Below, one piece after another: positions 17,541 to 30,080 of a stretch of DNA of 64,000 nucleotides (the first letter of the stretch is position 1; the number at the start of each line of letters is the position of its first letter). Below the pieces are notes generated by a model, which saw only the letters and a program-made list of their open reading frames with translations, had not been told where the DNA came from and searched no databases. Position numbers and translations under genes: made by a program. The stretch is from the human T2T-CHM13v2.0 reference genome, Homo sapiens, in NCBI RefSeq assembly GCF_009914755.1, contig NC_060931.1; one strand, 5' to 3'.

Positions 17541-20402
17541 TAAACCCCACAACACATTGTTATTTTTTATTTCAATGGTCAGTTATCTTTAAAAAATATT
17601 TTCAAAATAAGGAAAAAGAGTATTCTGTATTTACTTACATATTTATCATTTCCAGTGCTCTATCCTTTGGATATATCCAAAGGATATCATTTTCCATGTT
17701 AAAGCAATGTCTTCAAGATTTCCTGTAGTAAAAATCTGGTGACAATTTCTTTCAGCTTTTATATTTGTGAATGGTGTTTATTTTGTCTTCATTTCTGAAA
17801 GCTGGGTATAGAATTCTATGCTGATATGTTTTGTTGTTTCTTGAATACTACTATGAAGATGTTGGTCCATTTTCTTCTACCTTATATAATGTCACTAAAG
17901 AAAAAGCTGCTATCACAATTCTTATCTTTGTTTCTCTGCACAGGTGACTTTTTGTCTTTAGCTGATTTTAATATTTTCTCTTTATCACTAATTTTAAATA
18001 GTTTATGATGTGCCTTAGTGTAGTTTTCTGTATGTGTCTTGTGTTTGGGATTCATTTAGCTTCTTGAATTTGTGAGTTTATAGTTTCCATCAAATTAGGA
18101 GATTTTTTTCATTGATTATTTCTTCAAATATTTTTTTCCATCCTTCTCTCTCTCCCTTTCTTTGGGGCCACCAATTTTACAGATATTAGCCTTTTGAAGT
18201 TGCCTTATGGTTCCCTAAGGCAACTGTTTTTTTGTCTCTGTGTTTCATTTTGGAGAGTTTCTATTGCTATATCTTCAAGTTTTGTATTTTTTTCTTCTTC
18301 AGTGTCTGTAGTTATTATATCCAGTTTGTCATCTCAGACATTAATTTTTTTCATCCCTAGACATTTGATTTGGGTGTTTTATATCTTCAATGTCTAAACA
18401 TGCAAATATTCTCCTTTATCTTCCTGAATAGATGAAATAAAATTATGTAACTGCTTTAACGCCCTTGTCTACTATTTTTATATCTATTTCTATCAATACT
18501 TTTGTCTAGATTATGGCTCATTTTTTTCTGCTGCTTTGCGTAGCTGGAAGTGTTTTATTAGATGCTAGACATTGTAACATTGTGAATTTTACCTTACCGG
18601 ATTTACTGTGTGAGAGGGTGTGTGTATATGTAAGTGTGTGTGTGTGCTTGTGTGCTTGTTCTGTATCCTGTTACTTGGAAGTACTATCACCTTTTCAAGA
18701 CTTACTTTTAAGTTTTTTAAGATAGAGAGGGATTCCAACTAAGGCTAATTTTCCCTGCCAAAGCAATATCTTCTAAATACTCCACCCAATGCCCCATGAA
18801 TTACAATGTCCTTCCACTCTGGCTGGTAGAAATCCAAACTATTCCTGGCCCTGTGTGAACTTCACTGGTTATTTTACCTTTTCTTTTTCATTGGTTCTTT
18901 CCTCGCTAGGGTAGTTTCCTCACACACATGTAGTAATTAGTACCCAGCTGAGGGTTCTCTTTCTCCATCCTTCTCTCCTTCAGCTCCTCTCTGGGTGGTG
19001 CTCTCCTTCCCAGTACCCACCTTCGTCTTCCCAAATTCTCAATTCTGTATCCTCAACTCAGCTAGACCACCCTCTGGCCTGAAATCTGGAACTTTCCTCT
19101 AGACAATAAGCCACAGTAATTGTGGGCTCATCTTGTTTCCTTTTTCTCAAGAATGATTGTCTCGTACTGGCTGTTGTGCAATATCTGAAAACCATTGTTT
19201 TACATATTTTGTAAAGTGTTCTAATTGTTTGGGATGGTAGGGTAAATCTGGTTTCTGTTTGCCCATTTTGGCTGGAAGATGAAGTGCCCACAAACTGTAC
19301 ATATTGACTAGTTCTCCACTGTGTACAGGATAAAGTTCGAACTCATTAGTTTAGCATACTTAGTACATTACAAGCAGACTTCATGACAATCTCCTACCCA
19401 CACCTCACCCACTTCTAGTAACTCAAGACGGCATGCCACCTCTTGACCATATCCATACTTTTTCATGTCTTAGTGCATTGCACATGCTCTTGTCTTTGTC
19501 TAGGATGACTTTATTCCCCTGTATCTTCCATCTTTCCAAATCCCGCTTGTTCCTCAAGACCCAACTCAATTACCAGTTCTTCTGTTAAATTTTACCAGAC
19601 CTGAGTGTTAGTTGCTACAGGATATGATTTTATTATGTTCTTATAACACTATTATAGAGTGTCTTTATTTGACTTACACACCTGATGGAGATGTCTTCAT
19701 CTCCTCAAGGGCAGTAACCTCGACATCTTATTCACATTTTCATCTCTCAGCCTAGCTTAGTGCCTGACTTAGGTTCTTGGCAAATGTCTACTTCTGAATG
19801 AATGCCCTGTCATAGTGCATAATCTTGCTTTCTGAAAATAGTATTGGCTTGCTTATTTGGAGGCATGTGGGAATGATTAAAAAAATAAAATAAAACTTGG
19901 ACTGGAATAGCCACCATGGTCTAGCAGGTGTTCTGTGTTATGTTAATCACAGAGGATGCTGGGCAGGTGCTGGTTCCCTTCTAAGCCTTTATCTCAGCAT
20001 TAAAACAATTCATAGCCAATAGCTGGGATTTTTCTCTCACAGATGGTGGAGTTCTGTGACTTATGTCTGGGAGAGGTAAGTGCAGGAAGAGTTGTTCCTT
20101 GGAAGTTCCATAAAGGGAATATAATCACTTCCAAAGCATCAGCTTCAACTGAAAGAGCTGGAATCAGCTACTTCTGGCCTGACCAAAGCCAGTATCTTAG
20201 ACAGCTATGTCTCAGGTATGCCCTGAACTGCCTGGGGCATGTGTCTCAGGATAATGTATATTAAGGATTCAAGATTCTTAACTGTTCTTGAAGGCTAACA
20301 ATTTAGGAAAGAGCAAACATTTTAGAAGCCCACCTCCTTATTCAAGATGGAGAAGAGTAATCAGATATGTCTCTGAATAAAACAAAGTCCACCAGAATGT
20401 TA

Positions 20403-20404
20403 AA

Positions 20405-20437
<33 letters not shown>

Positions 20438-20472
20438 ACTCACACACTCTTACTCTTACTCTCTCTCTCTCT
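20403..20472. repeat. (CA)n microsatellite grading into (CT)n
   Basis: Directly visible. Confidence 0.95.
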
Positions 20473-21226
20473 TCTGAGTTTGTTTACTTGCCTGCCAGAC
20501 AAAGGAGTATACACTGTCAACAAAATTCACTGAATACTTAATGGGAGGGGGTCAGGGTGAGGAACAAAAGGCTTTATTCACTAGAAAAGGGCTTCAAGGT
20601 GGTTATACTAAGTAGTGATTGAAAACTCCCTCTCTGAATGGAAAAAAATGAGTTCTTGTCCATACATGTTTGGCTTAATCATGTCCCATTTTAGAAAGTA
20701 ATCTGTACTTTGGTACACTGAGGTTCTGACATACCAGATTACTCACAATTCTGAGTCCTTTATCAGCTTGAGATGTTGGCTTGCTGAAAGTTCATGGCTG
20801 TTCAGTGACTTCATCTGATTGGAAACAGTTTTGATGAACCCAACACTCAGTTTTGACTTCTTCTATGCACATGTAGCTATAAGTGTAAAATTGTCCTTTT
20901 ATAGATGTGATCATGTAATTTATCCCACGTTGAATTTGGGCAGGGGGCATACCTGATTTAGCTTGGAGAAGGGCACAACATGAACTGTATATTGGTGGGC
21001 GAAAATTAATGATATTTGATATATATAAGACTCTAAAAAATATAATTTATCAAATGCTGAAGAAAAGAATTTGGGCTTTGCAGTAAGGAAGACTTAGTTT
21101 TGCATTGCATTTCTGAACATATTCATCTTAATCTGTTTTTTTCATATAAAACAAAATATCAGTCTTATCAGCTAATGGGAAGATTAAATGAGATGATGTA
21201 TGTAAGCAACTCCCACAGTGTCCTAC

Positions 21227-22629
21227 TGTGTCCGGAATCGGTGGGTTCTTGGTCTCACTGACTTCAAAATTGAAGCCGCGGACCCTCGCAGTGAGTGTTA
21301 CAGTTCTTAAAGGCGGCGTGTCCGGAGTTTGTTCCTTCTAAGGTTCGGATGTGTTCGGAGTTTCTTCCTTCTGGTGGGTTCGTGGTCTCGATGGCTTCAG
21401 GAGTGAAGCTGTAGACCTTCGCGGTGAGTGTTACAGCTCATAAAGGCAGTGTGGACCCAAAGAGTGAGCAGTAGCAAGATTTATTGCAAAGAGCGAAAGA
21501 ACAAAGCTTCTGCAGTGTGGAAGGGGACTCGAGCAGGTTGCCACTGCTGGCTCTGCCAGCCTGCTTTTATTCTCTTATCTGGCCCCACCCACATCCTGCT
21601 GATTGGTCCATTTTGCAGAGAGCCAATTGGTCTGTTTTACAGAGAGCTGATTAGTCCGTTTTGACAAGGTGCTGATTGGTGCGCTTACAATCCCTGAGCT
21701 AGACACAAAAGTTCTCCACATCCCCACTAGATTAGCTAGATACAGAGTGTCAATTGGTGTATTTACAAACCCTGCGCTAGACACAGAGTGCTGATTGGTG
21801 CATTTACAAACCTTGAGCTAGATACAGAGTGCCGATTGGTGCATTCAAAATCCCTTAGCTAGGCATAAAGATTCTCCAAGTCCCCACCAGACTAACTAGA
21901 TACAGAGTGCTGATTGGTGCATTCACAAACCCTGAGCTAGACACAGAGTGCTGATTGGTGCATTTACAAACCTTGAGCTAGATACAGAGTGCTGATTGGT
22001 GTATTTACAATCCCTTAGCTAGACATAAAGATTCTCCAAGTCCCCACCAGACTCAGGAGCCCAGCTGGCTTCACGCAGTGGATCCCGCACCAGGGCCGCA
22101 GGTGGAGCTGCCTGCCAGTCCCACGCTGTGTGCCCGCACTCCTCAGCCCTTGGGTGGTTGATGGGACTGGGCACCGTGGAGTAGGGGGTGGTGCTTGTCG
22201 GGGAGGCTTGGGCTGTGCAGGAGCCCACGGCGGGGTGGGGGGCTCAGGCATGGCAGGCTGCAGGTCCCGAGCCCTGCCCCACGGGGAGGCAGCTAAGGCC
22301 CAGCGAGAAGTTGAGCACAGCATCTGCTGGCCCAGGTGCTAAGCCCCTCACTGCCCGAGTGTGGGGCCCGCCGAGCCCACGCCCACCTGGAACTCATGCT
22401 GGCCCGCAAGCGCCATGCGCAGCCCTGGTTCCCGCCTGCATCTCTCCCTCCATACCTCCCTGCAAGCTGAGGGAGCTGGCTCCGGCCTTGTCCAGCCCAG
22501 AAAGAGGCTCCCACAGTGCAGTGGCAGGCTGAAGGGCTCCTCAAGCACGGCCAGAGTGGGCACCAAGGCTGAGGAGGCACTGAGAGCGAGCGAGGGCTGT
22601 GAGGGCTGCCAGCAGGCTGTCACCTCTCA
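21227..22629 (-). promoter_or_regulatory. LTR12-family 3' LTR, complete (about 1.4 kb)
   Basis: Starts TGAGAGGTGACAGC. About 40-bp CCAAT-containing tandem repeats at 21600-22030, GATA at 21574-21580, TATA-like AATAAA at 21566-21571, polyA signal at 21480-21485, and U5 ending CCGGACACA. Confidence 0.95.
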
Positions 22630-22686
22630 ATCCCCCCTCTAAACAGGACACCCCAACTGCTGTTGGGAATTTGGCCGATGACCGCT

Positions 22687-23540
22687 CTAGCTACTTCCTG
22701 CTGGATAGGGGCAAAGAAGGGGCCCTGCAGTTGTAGTGTCCTCCAGAGGGGAACTCTCTAGGCCAGTGGAAGTGCCAGTGGATCGGTCCAGGGGTCCTTG
22801 GTAGAAGTTGTTAGTTGAACTCATTTGGGGTTCCATTTGTAAGACCATCTGTAGCTTGATGGCTTCGATCCTAGAGGAAACAAATTTGACAAGAAGGTTA
22901 AAAATACAGGGCCCAAAGGCGAGTAACAGCAAGATGGCTGCCATGGGACCTAGAAATGGGAGAAGCCATGTTGCCCAACTCCAGAGGTTGGTATAAGAGT
23001 TTGAAAGGCATTGTCTGATATCAGAAGCCCTTTCCTGTAAATGCCAGGTGGCATCTCGTACTATCCCTGACTGGTTAGTGTAAAAACAACACTCTTCCCC
23101 TAAGAAGGTGCAGAGTCCTCCTTTCTCAGCAGTGAGGAGGTGTGGGCCTCGGCGGTTTTGGAGAGTCATTGCTGCCAAAGAGTCTAATTGGGATTGTAAA
23201 GTAAGAATAGATTTCATTATTTCTTGCAAACTGTCTGAGAAATTCTTTGAGAGTGTATGGTAGTAGGATAATGAAGTAGATAAACCGGCTATTCCAGTTC
23301 CTGTAGCAGTAGCCATTCCTAACCCTATAAATAGGGATATTAGTTGTATGGCTCTGCACTGACGGACTTTAGCTTTGACAGGTACCAATAGGGTCTGATT
23401 TCCTGGGGCAATGTTAATGTTGGGACTTAGAAAGACTAAGGTTCAGGTGCCTGTCCAGTTAGTGGGGAGGCAGATATAGGTTGATGTTCCACATAAGAAG
23501 AATATGCCTTGGCTAGGTAGACAGAAATTTACCCTGGCTT
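22687..23540 (-). pseudogene. HERV9 env remnant: end of SU plus the whole TM subunit
   Basis: RQCR cleavage-like site, fusion peptide, ISD LQNRRGPHLLTAEKGGL, CX6CC motif, membrane anchor and syncytin-1-like tail. One in-frame TGA at 23443. Confidence 0.93.
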
Positions 23541-23719
23541 TTAAAGGAATAGGGTATACTGTTTTTTCTTTACTACTTCTTTCTCTCTTCAAGTTCTTCT
23601 TTGTTTCTTCCTCTCTTTTTTTCTTTCTCTGACTTTCTCTTTTTTTCTTTACTTCTTGCTGGTCTTTCCCTACTTCTGCCAGCCACTTTTGCTGCTGTTT
23701 TCCCCTCTCCTTCCCCATT

Positions 23720-25920
23720 TTGATGGCTTTGGCAGTGTAAGACTGCCACCTCCTTGTGTTTTTGCATTGTGTGCAATAACTCTATAATTTCCTTGTGGTA
23801 TTTAATGGTGGTTGCCCCAGAGGTTAGGAACTCCCTCTCTTTCCATATTGCAGCATAGGCATGTAGGATTAGATAAGCATACTTGCTATCTGTATACACA
23901 TTTATTCTTTTTCCCTTTCCCAGTTCTAAGGCTCGGGTAGGTGCCACTAGTTCTGCTAACTGGGCACTGGTCCCTGGGGGAAGAGGCTTACTTTCAAGTA
24001 TGGTTACATCACTAACTATGGTGTAACCTGCCCTTCGTATCCCATTCTCCACAAATGAACTTCCATTGATATATAGGTTAAGGTCAGGATTAGCTAAGGG
24101 GACTTCTAAGAGATCATCTTGGGTGGCATAAGTCTGGACTATAATTTGTTGGCAGGCATGCTCGATTGGTTTCCCATCCTCTGGGAGAAAAGTGGCAGGG
24201 TTGAGGGCCATGCACATGCATATTTGAAGCACCGGTCCCTCAAGGAGTAGCGCCTGGTATCTAAGTAGGCAGTTATCTGATAGCCATAAACTTCCTTTGG
24301 CACCTAGTATGCCATTTACATCATGAGTAGTCCAGACAGTGAGATCCTTTCCTTGTATTATTTTGATAGCCTCTGACATTAAGACGGCCACTGCTGCAAC
24401 TACCCTTAAACAGTGAGGCCAGCCTTTTGCTACTACATCAGTTTCCTTACTTAGGTATGCCACTGGTTGTGGGGTTGTCCCACAAGTCAGTGTAAGGACT
24501 CCAAGGGCTATCCCAGCAATCTCTGTGATGTAGAAAGAGAAGTTTTGTCCTGTGGGAGGGCTTAAAGCTGGAGCTTGTACTAGGGCCTGCTTTAAGGTTT
24601 TGAAGGCTGTTTCTGCCTCTGGTTCCCATTCTACTAGATGAGTATTTGCCCTCTGGGTTTCCTTGATTAAAGTATAGAGGGGCCTGGCTATCTCACTGTA
24701 TCCAGGGATCCATAGTCGGCAAAAGGCAGTAATTCCAAGGAACCCCCGCAACTGTTTTAATGTCTTAGGGTGAGGATAAGCCAGTATAGGCTGTATTCAT
24801 TCCTTGCTGAGGGCCCTGGTCCCTCTGGAAAAGATTAGGCCTAGATATTTGACCTGCTGTAGGCAAAGCTGGGCCTTCGACCTAGACACCTTGTACCCTT
24901 GATTAGCTAGAAAGTTCAAGAGATCTACAGTAGCCTGCTGGGACGAGGCTTCTGAACTGGTAGCCAAAAGTAAATCATCCACATATTGAAGGACCAGAGT
25001 GCCTGGACTTCAGAAGTGGCCTAGATCTTGGGCCAGTGCCTGACCAAACATATGAGGGCTATCCCTAAACCCTTGGCACAAGACCATCCACATAAGTTGG
25101 GACGTGTGGTCTGTGGGATCCTCAAAGGCAAAGAGAAACTGGGAGTCAGAGTGCAGGGGAATACAGAAGAAGGCATCCTTGAGGTCCAGAACCATGAACC
25201 ATTCTGCTTCCTCTGGTATTTGAGAGAGCAGGGTATAGGGGTTGGGTACAACTGGATATAGAGGAATTACTGCCTCATTGATGAGTCTAAGATCTTGCAC
25301 TAGTCCCCACTGACCATTCGGTTTTTGTACTCCTAGAATTGGGGTGTTGCAGGGACTGCTGCATTTCCTTACTAAGCCTTGAGCTTTCAAATGTTTAACA
25401 ATATTCTGTAATCCTTTATGAGCTTCAGGCCTTAAGGGATATTGCCTTTGATAAGGAAAAGTGGTGGGATCTTTTAACCTGATTTGGACTGGGCGGGCAT
25501 TTTTCTCCCTTCCAAATTGTCATTCCAATGCCCAGACCTCAGGGTTGATTCCCTCCTCAAGTAGGGGACAACAAATGGGTAACTTGTTCCCCATATTCAT
25601 GTAGATAATAGCTCCGGCCTTGGCTAATATATCCCTCCCTAATAAGGGTGTGGGACTTTCAGGCATAAAAAGAAAGGCATGTGAAAAGAGCAAAGTCTCC
25701 CAATTACAACTGAGGAGGTGGGAGAAATACCTGGTTACAGGCTGTCTCAGAATTCCTCGGATGGTAACGGACCTTGAGGATAGTCATCCAGGACAGGAGA
25801 TTAACACTGAGAAGGTCATGCCAGTGTCCAGGAGGAAGTCAATTTCCTGGCCCTCAATAGATAAACATACCCAGGGCTCAGTGAGGGTGATGACATGAGC
25901 TGGCGCTTGCCCCAGGCACC
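23720..25920 (-). pseudogene. HERV9 pro-pol remnant (protease, RT, RNase H; integrase missing)
   Basis: Protease FLLDTG near 25830, RT motifs LDLKDAFF and YVDD near 24980, RNase H SAQLAEL and YTDSKY. Broken by frameshifts and stops. Confidence 0.94.
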
Positions 25921-25921
25921 C

Positions 25922-27377
25922 TCAGTCCTGTTGTTGGATCATCTGGTTGGGGGCTTCTGACCCAGGGAACCTTCATCCTCTGGGGCAGTGCACCTTCCAG
26001 TGATTGCCTCGGCATTGTGGACATGGATGAGGGGGCAGCTTGTTTCTCATTGGACAATCTTTTTTAAAGTGTCCTAGTAAACCACACTGATAACAAGCCC
26101 TACCAGGTGATTGACCTGCCCCATTTTCTGTCCTCTCTGAACCACCAGGGTTTGTTTGTCTGAGGGCCATGACTAAGGCTGTGGCTTTCCTCTGATCTCG
26201 CTTTTCCTTTTGGGCCTGTTCCTCTTGGTCCCTATTATAGAACACCAAGGTTGCCAGGTTTAATAATGCCTCTAAGATTTTGTTCAGGGCCCAGGGCTTG
26301 CTTTTGGAGCTTTCTCCTGATATCTGCAGCTGATTGGGTAATAAACTTATCTTTTAGAATCAATTGACCCTCGAGTGATTCGGGTGACAGGGGAGTATAT
26401 TTTCTTAAGGCCTCTCATAGCCGCTCGAGGAAGGAAGGATTTTCTTCCTTTCCCTGAGTTATGGTGGACATCATTGAATAATTCATGGGCTTTTTTCTAA
26501 TTCTCCTTAGTCCTTCTAGAACACAGATCAACAGATGTTTATGACTCCATTCCCCATGATCTGAGTCAAGGTCCCAGTGGGGATCCATACTGGGGATGGC
26601 TTGCTGACCAGTAGGGAATTTGTCCCTTTTTTCAGCTGTCATTCTATCATTTACTGACTAAGATACCAGGTATCTCCAAACTCTCAGGCTGCAGCTAAAG
26701 CTGCGTTCTTTTCATTAAAGGCCAGGGTTTGAACTAACAGTAGCATGACATCTTTCCAAGCGAGGTCTAAGGTTTGCCCTAGACCCTGTAGGACATCTAT
26801 GTACCTATCAGGATCATCTGAAAACTTCCCCATGTCTGCCTTGACCTGCTTTAAATCAGAGAGGGAGAAGGGGACATGTACCCGGGTTGGGCCAAATTCC
26901 CCTCCTCCTGCAGCTTGAAGGGGACATAACCGATAACCTGGGGGTCTTTGTGGTCCTTTGGAGATTTCTTTGCTTATTTCCTTCTGGGCAGGGGAGATTA
27001 GAGGAGGATTATCATTAGTAGGAAGGGGAGCTATTGGGAGGCTGGGATATGGGGGTAAGCTGAGAGGTCCTCCTGTGGGATGTAAATTGTAAGCTTTGCA
27101 TAGTTGTGTATTCTCCCTCAATGAAAAGAAAGCTTGGATGTAAGGTATTTCACTCGATTTGCCTTCCCTCTTACAGAGAAGGTCAAGCTGCAGGATAGTA
27201 TTGTAATTTGTACTTCCCTCAGGTGGCCATTTTTCCCCATCAGAGAGAATATTGGGGCCAAGCCATAGTGCAGAAAAAAATGAGCCACCTCTTTTTCAGG
27301 GTTTATGGGTCAAATTGGTCCCAATAGCTTAGGATGCATTTCAAGGGTGAGCCTGTTGATGCCTGAGTGTTTCCCAT
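25922..27377 (-). pseudogene. HERV9 gag remnant
   Basis: Starts MGNTQASTGSPLKCIL at 27377. Capsid segments and zinc knuckle CYQCGLLGHFKKDC are present. Gag stop TGA at 25922. Several disruptions. Confidence 0.92.
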
Positions 27378-28572
27378 CTGAAAGACAAAACTGCCCATGG
27401 TTTTGATTTGTTTTGTTTCTCCCCCTGCCCAAGAACCCACAACAGTCCCTGGACCCTGCTGATCGGAATAGTTGTGCTCACCGACGCAGCAGCAGAAACA
27501 CTAGTTTTCCTCCCAGACCACATGGAGGACCAAGGAAGGTTGGATTTAGTGGCCTTTACCAATGCATTCTCAAAAACCTGCATCCTTGCCTGTCCTCCTA
27601 GACCACAAGGAGGACTGACCAAGAAAAATCGGATTTAGTGGCCCTTACCGACACATTCTCGAAAACCTGCTAGAGTCCTAAGCATTCTCCTGTTAGTATT
27701 GGGACGTTACCCCTGTCCTATAAAGATGTTATGCCCCAAAAATGAAGTGGAGGGCTATGCCCTTAGGGAGGGAAGGGATCTCCAGGGTTGGAATAGCGAC
27801 ACCTTTTGTCCTCACTTATATGAATAGGAAGGATACAATTTCTGAGGCTCCCCATATTCTAGCTTCAGGAATAGGTTTTGTTAGGCCTGTTAGTCTGAGG
27901 AGGGATCCTAAAATTCCAAGTAGTCCCCAGGACAATGGGGCTTTGGGCAAAAATTATGTCTTTCTGATTGGTGAGCCCAGGTGCCTAAAGAAGGTAACAA
28001 AGTCCTGGAGTTTATACTAGAAATCATTTTTATAGAAGAAACTAGAAAAGCACCAGAGACAGGTAGCAATTTTTAGAAGCGGGACTAACCTTGGAGAAGA
28101 GAGGCAAGAGGAAGTTTGTCTGGCAGGCATTAGGACCCAGGGGGCAAGGGTCAGGATAGATAGGAGAGATGGGCGAGTCTTGCTTGGGCAACATGCCTTT
28201 GAGAGTTCCACTCATGGCCGCAGGGTCAACCAACTTGTTGTCGGGACCCCGGAGCTGCATGGCTTTCCTCTCTGTCAACCCTAGGCTCAGCCCAGAAGTA
28301 CAAGAAAAGTGGAAGCTGGTTCGAGGCACACCAACGCTCCCAACTCCAAAGAGTCGGGGGTTGTTAGAGAGCCCTATCCCAGAAAACCTGACACCCATGT
28401 CTTTAGTCTGGCGGCCACGCTAGTCGCTTTTAACTGGCCGACAGGTACCCGGTATTTAGCCCCGGAATTCTAAGGAAAAATAGGACAGAATAGCAAGCGA
28501 AAGGGGTCCAATGGTACTCACTGCTTGGCAATAGGCGATTGTCTTGCCGCTCAGCAATAGGTGATGGTCTCA

Positions 28573-28770
28573 CCGCCCACGCCTCTCCCTCCACACCTCC
28601 CTGCAAGCTGAGGGAGCCAGCTCCAGCCTTGGCCAGCCCAGAAAGGGGCTCCCACAGTGCAGCGGCGGGCTGAAGAGCTCCTCAAGTGTGGCTAGAGTGG
28701 GCGCCAAGGCCGAGGAGGCACCGAGAGCGAGTGAGGGCTGCAAGGGCTGCCAGCACGCTGTCACCTCTCA
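28573..28770 (-). mobile_element. 5' LTR12 remnant (first ~198 bp only)
   Basis: Aligns without gaps to 22432-22629, then joins directly to the internal leader. Confidence 0.93.
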
Positions 28771-29706
28771 CTACCTGCTTCTCATGGGATAAACAGTGAA
28801 TAGCTGATAGCTTTTCTGTGGTGCAAACCCCCACCTACATGTACCCCACATATGTGCGTGCCTCCACTGTCCTTGCATACCCTCCTGCACTCTTTGCCTC
28901 CTTCTGACAATGTCCCTTCCACTTCTATACTTGCACCCCCCTTTTCATGTATAACTTATTTCTTGTTTCTCCCTAAAAACACACTATTTGCAGATCTAAA
29001 ATATTACCTTAATTCATAGTCTTCATTAAAATTAGATTCTATTGTAACTTCAGTACACTGTTCCTGTTTATTATAAGATTCTGAATGCTTGGTGTTGGAA
29101 ATAAGACTGCCCTGAGGAAGGCAAATCATCAAATGCATCTGCAAAACAGTTTTAGATTTGGGAACATCAGAGAACTAGCATCTTAGATGTTCAGAACCAG
29201 TGAGTATTACTCCCTTCATCCTCTATTCCCAATACGGGGCCCTACATGGCCTATGGCATAATTCTAATTTTACTCAAATGGCAAAGGCCTTCTTTGATAC
29301 ACTGAGAACACTGTGGAATATTTGGTACTTGTTGACCAAGACTGGGAGATCTGTCCTTCTTTCTGTGCACAGGAGAAAACAGTCATATTTGAGATCAAGG
29401 AATTTGTGCAATTATAAACCAACAAATGCTCAACTTCCCATAAAACAAGATGGAGAACTGGGTGCCCTATTTCATTAAAAAAAAAAAAAAAAGCATATCC
29501 TTTGAGAATATATAAGAATCCTGGATATCTGGCCCTGAAATCTGAGGGACTTTCTTCACCATTTTCTCACCAAATCTAGTTTAAAGCTTTCTCTAGTGCA
29601 TTTGAAAGGAGTGACAAAAGTACATGGTACAAAGTGGCTTAGAGTGACTGCAATGTTGTTTTGCAACATTTTAGGCAAGATTGGGACTGTAATATTCATT
29701 ATTGTT

Positions 29707-30080
29707 TGATATAGTTTGACTCTGTGTCCCCACCCAAATCTCACCTTGAATTGTATTCCCATAATTCCCACATGCTGTGGGAGGGACCAGGTGGAAGATG
29801 ATTGAATCATGGGGGTGGATTCTCCCATACTGTTCTCGTGGTAGTGAATAAGTCTCATGAGAGCTGATGATTTTATCAGGGGTTTCCACTTTCATGTCTT
29901 GCTCATTCTCTCTTTGCCTGCTGCCATCCATGTAAGATGTGACTTGCTCTTCCTTGCCTTCCACCATGATTGTGAGGCTTCCCGAACCACATGGAACTGT
30001 AACCAATTAAACCTCTTTCTTTTGTAAATTACCCAGACTTGGGTATGTCTTTATCAGCAGTGTGAAAACAAACTAATACA
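29707..30080 (+). mobile_element. THE1 (MaLR) solo LTR
   Basis: TGATATAGTTTG...AACTAATACA. 5-bp TSD ttgtt/ctgtt. Confidence 0.92.

Larger units (their letters stand above)
21227..28770 (-). mobile_element. HERV9 (ERV9/LTR12) provirus with deletions
   Basis: TG...CA termini, 4-bp TSD CTAC (21223-21226 and 28771-28774), gag-pro-pol-env order, and polypurine tract AGAGGGGGGAT at 22630-22640. Confidence 0.96.

Noticed and set aside
21600-22030. Array of ~40-bp repeats
   Set aside because: This is the standard LTR12 U3 CCAAT enhancer array, with no unique spacers.
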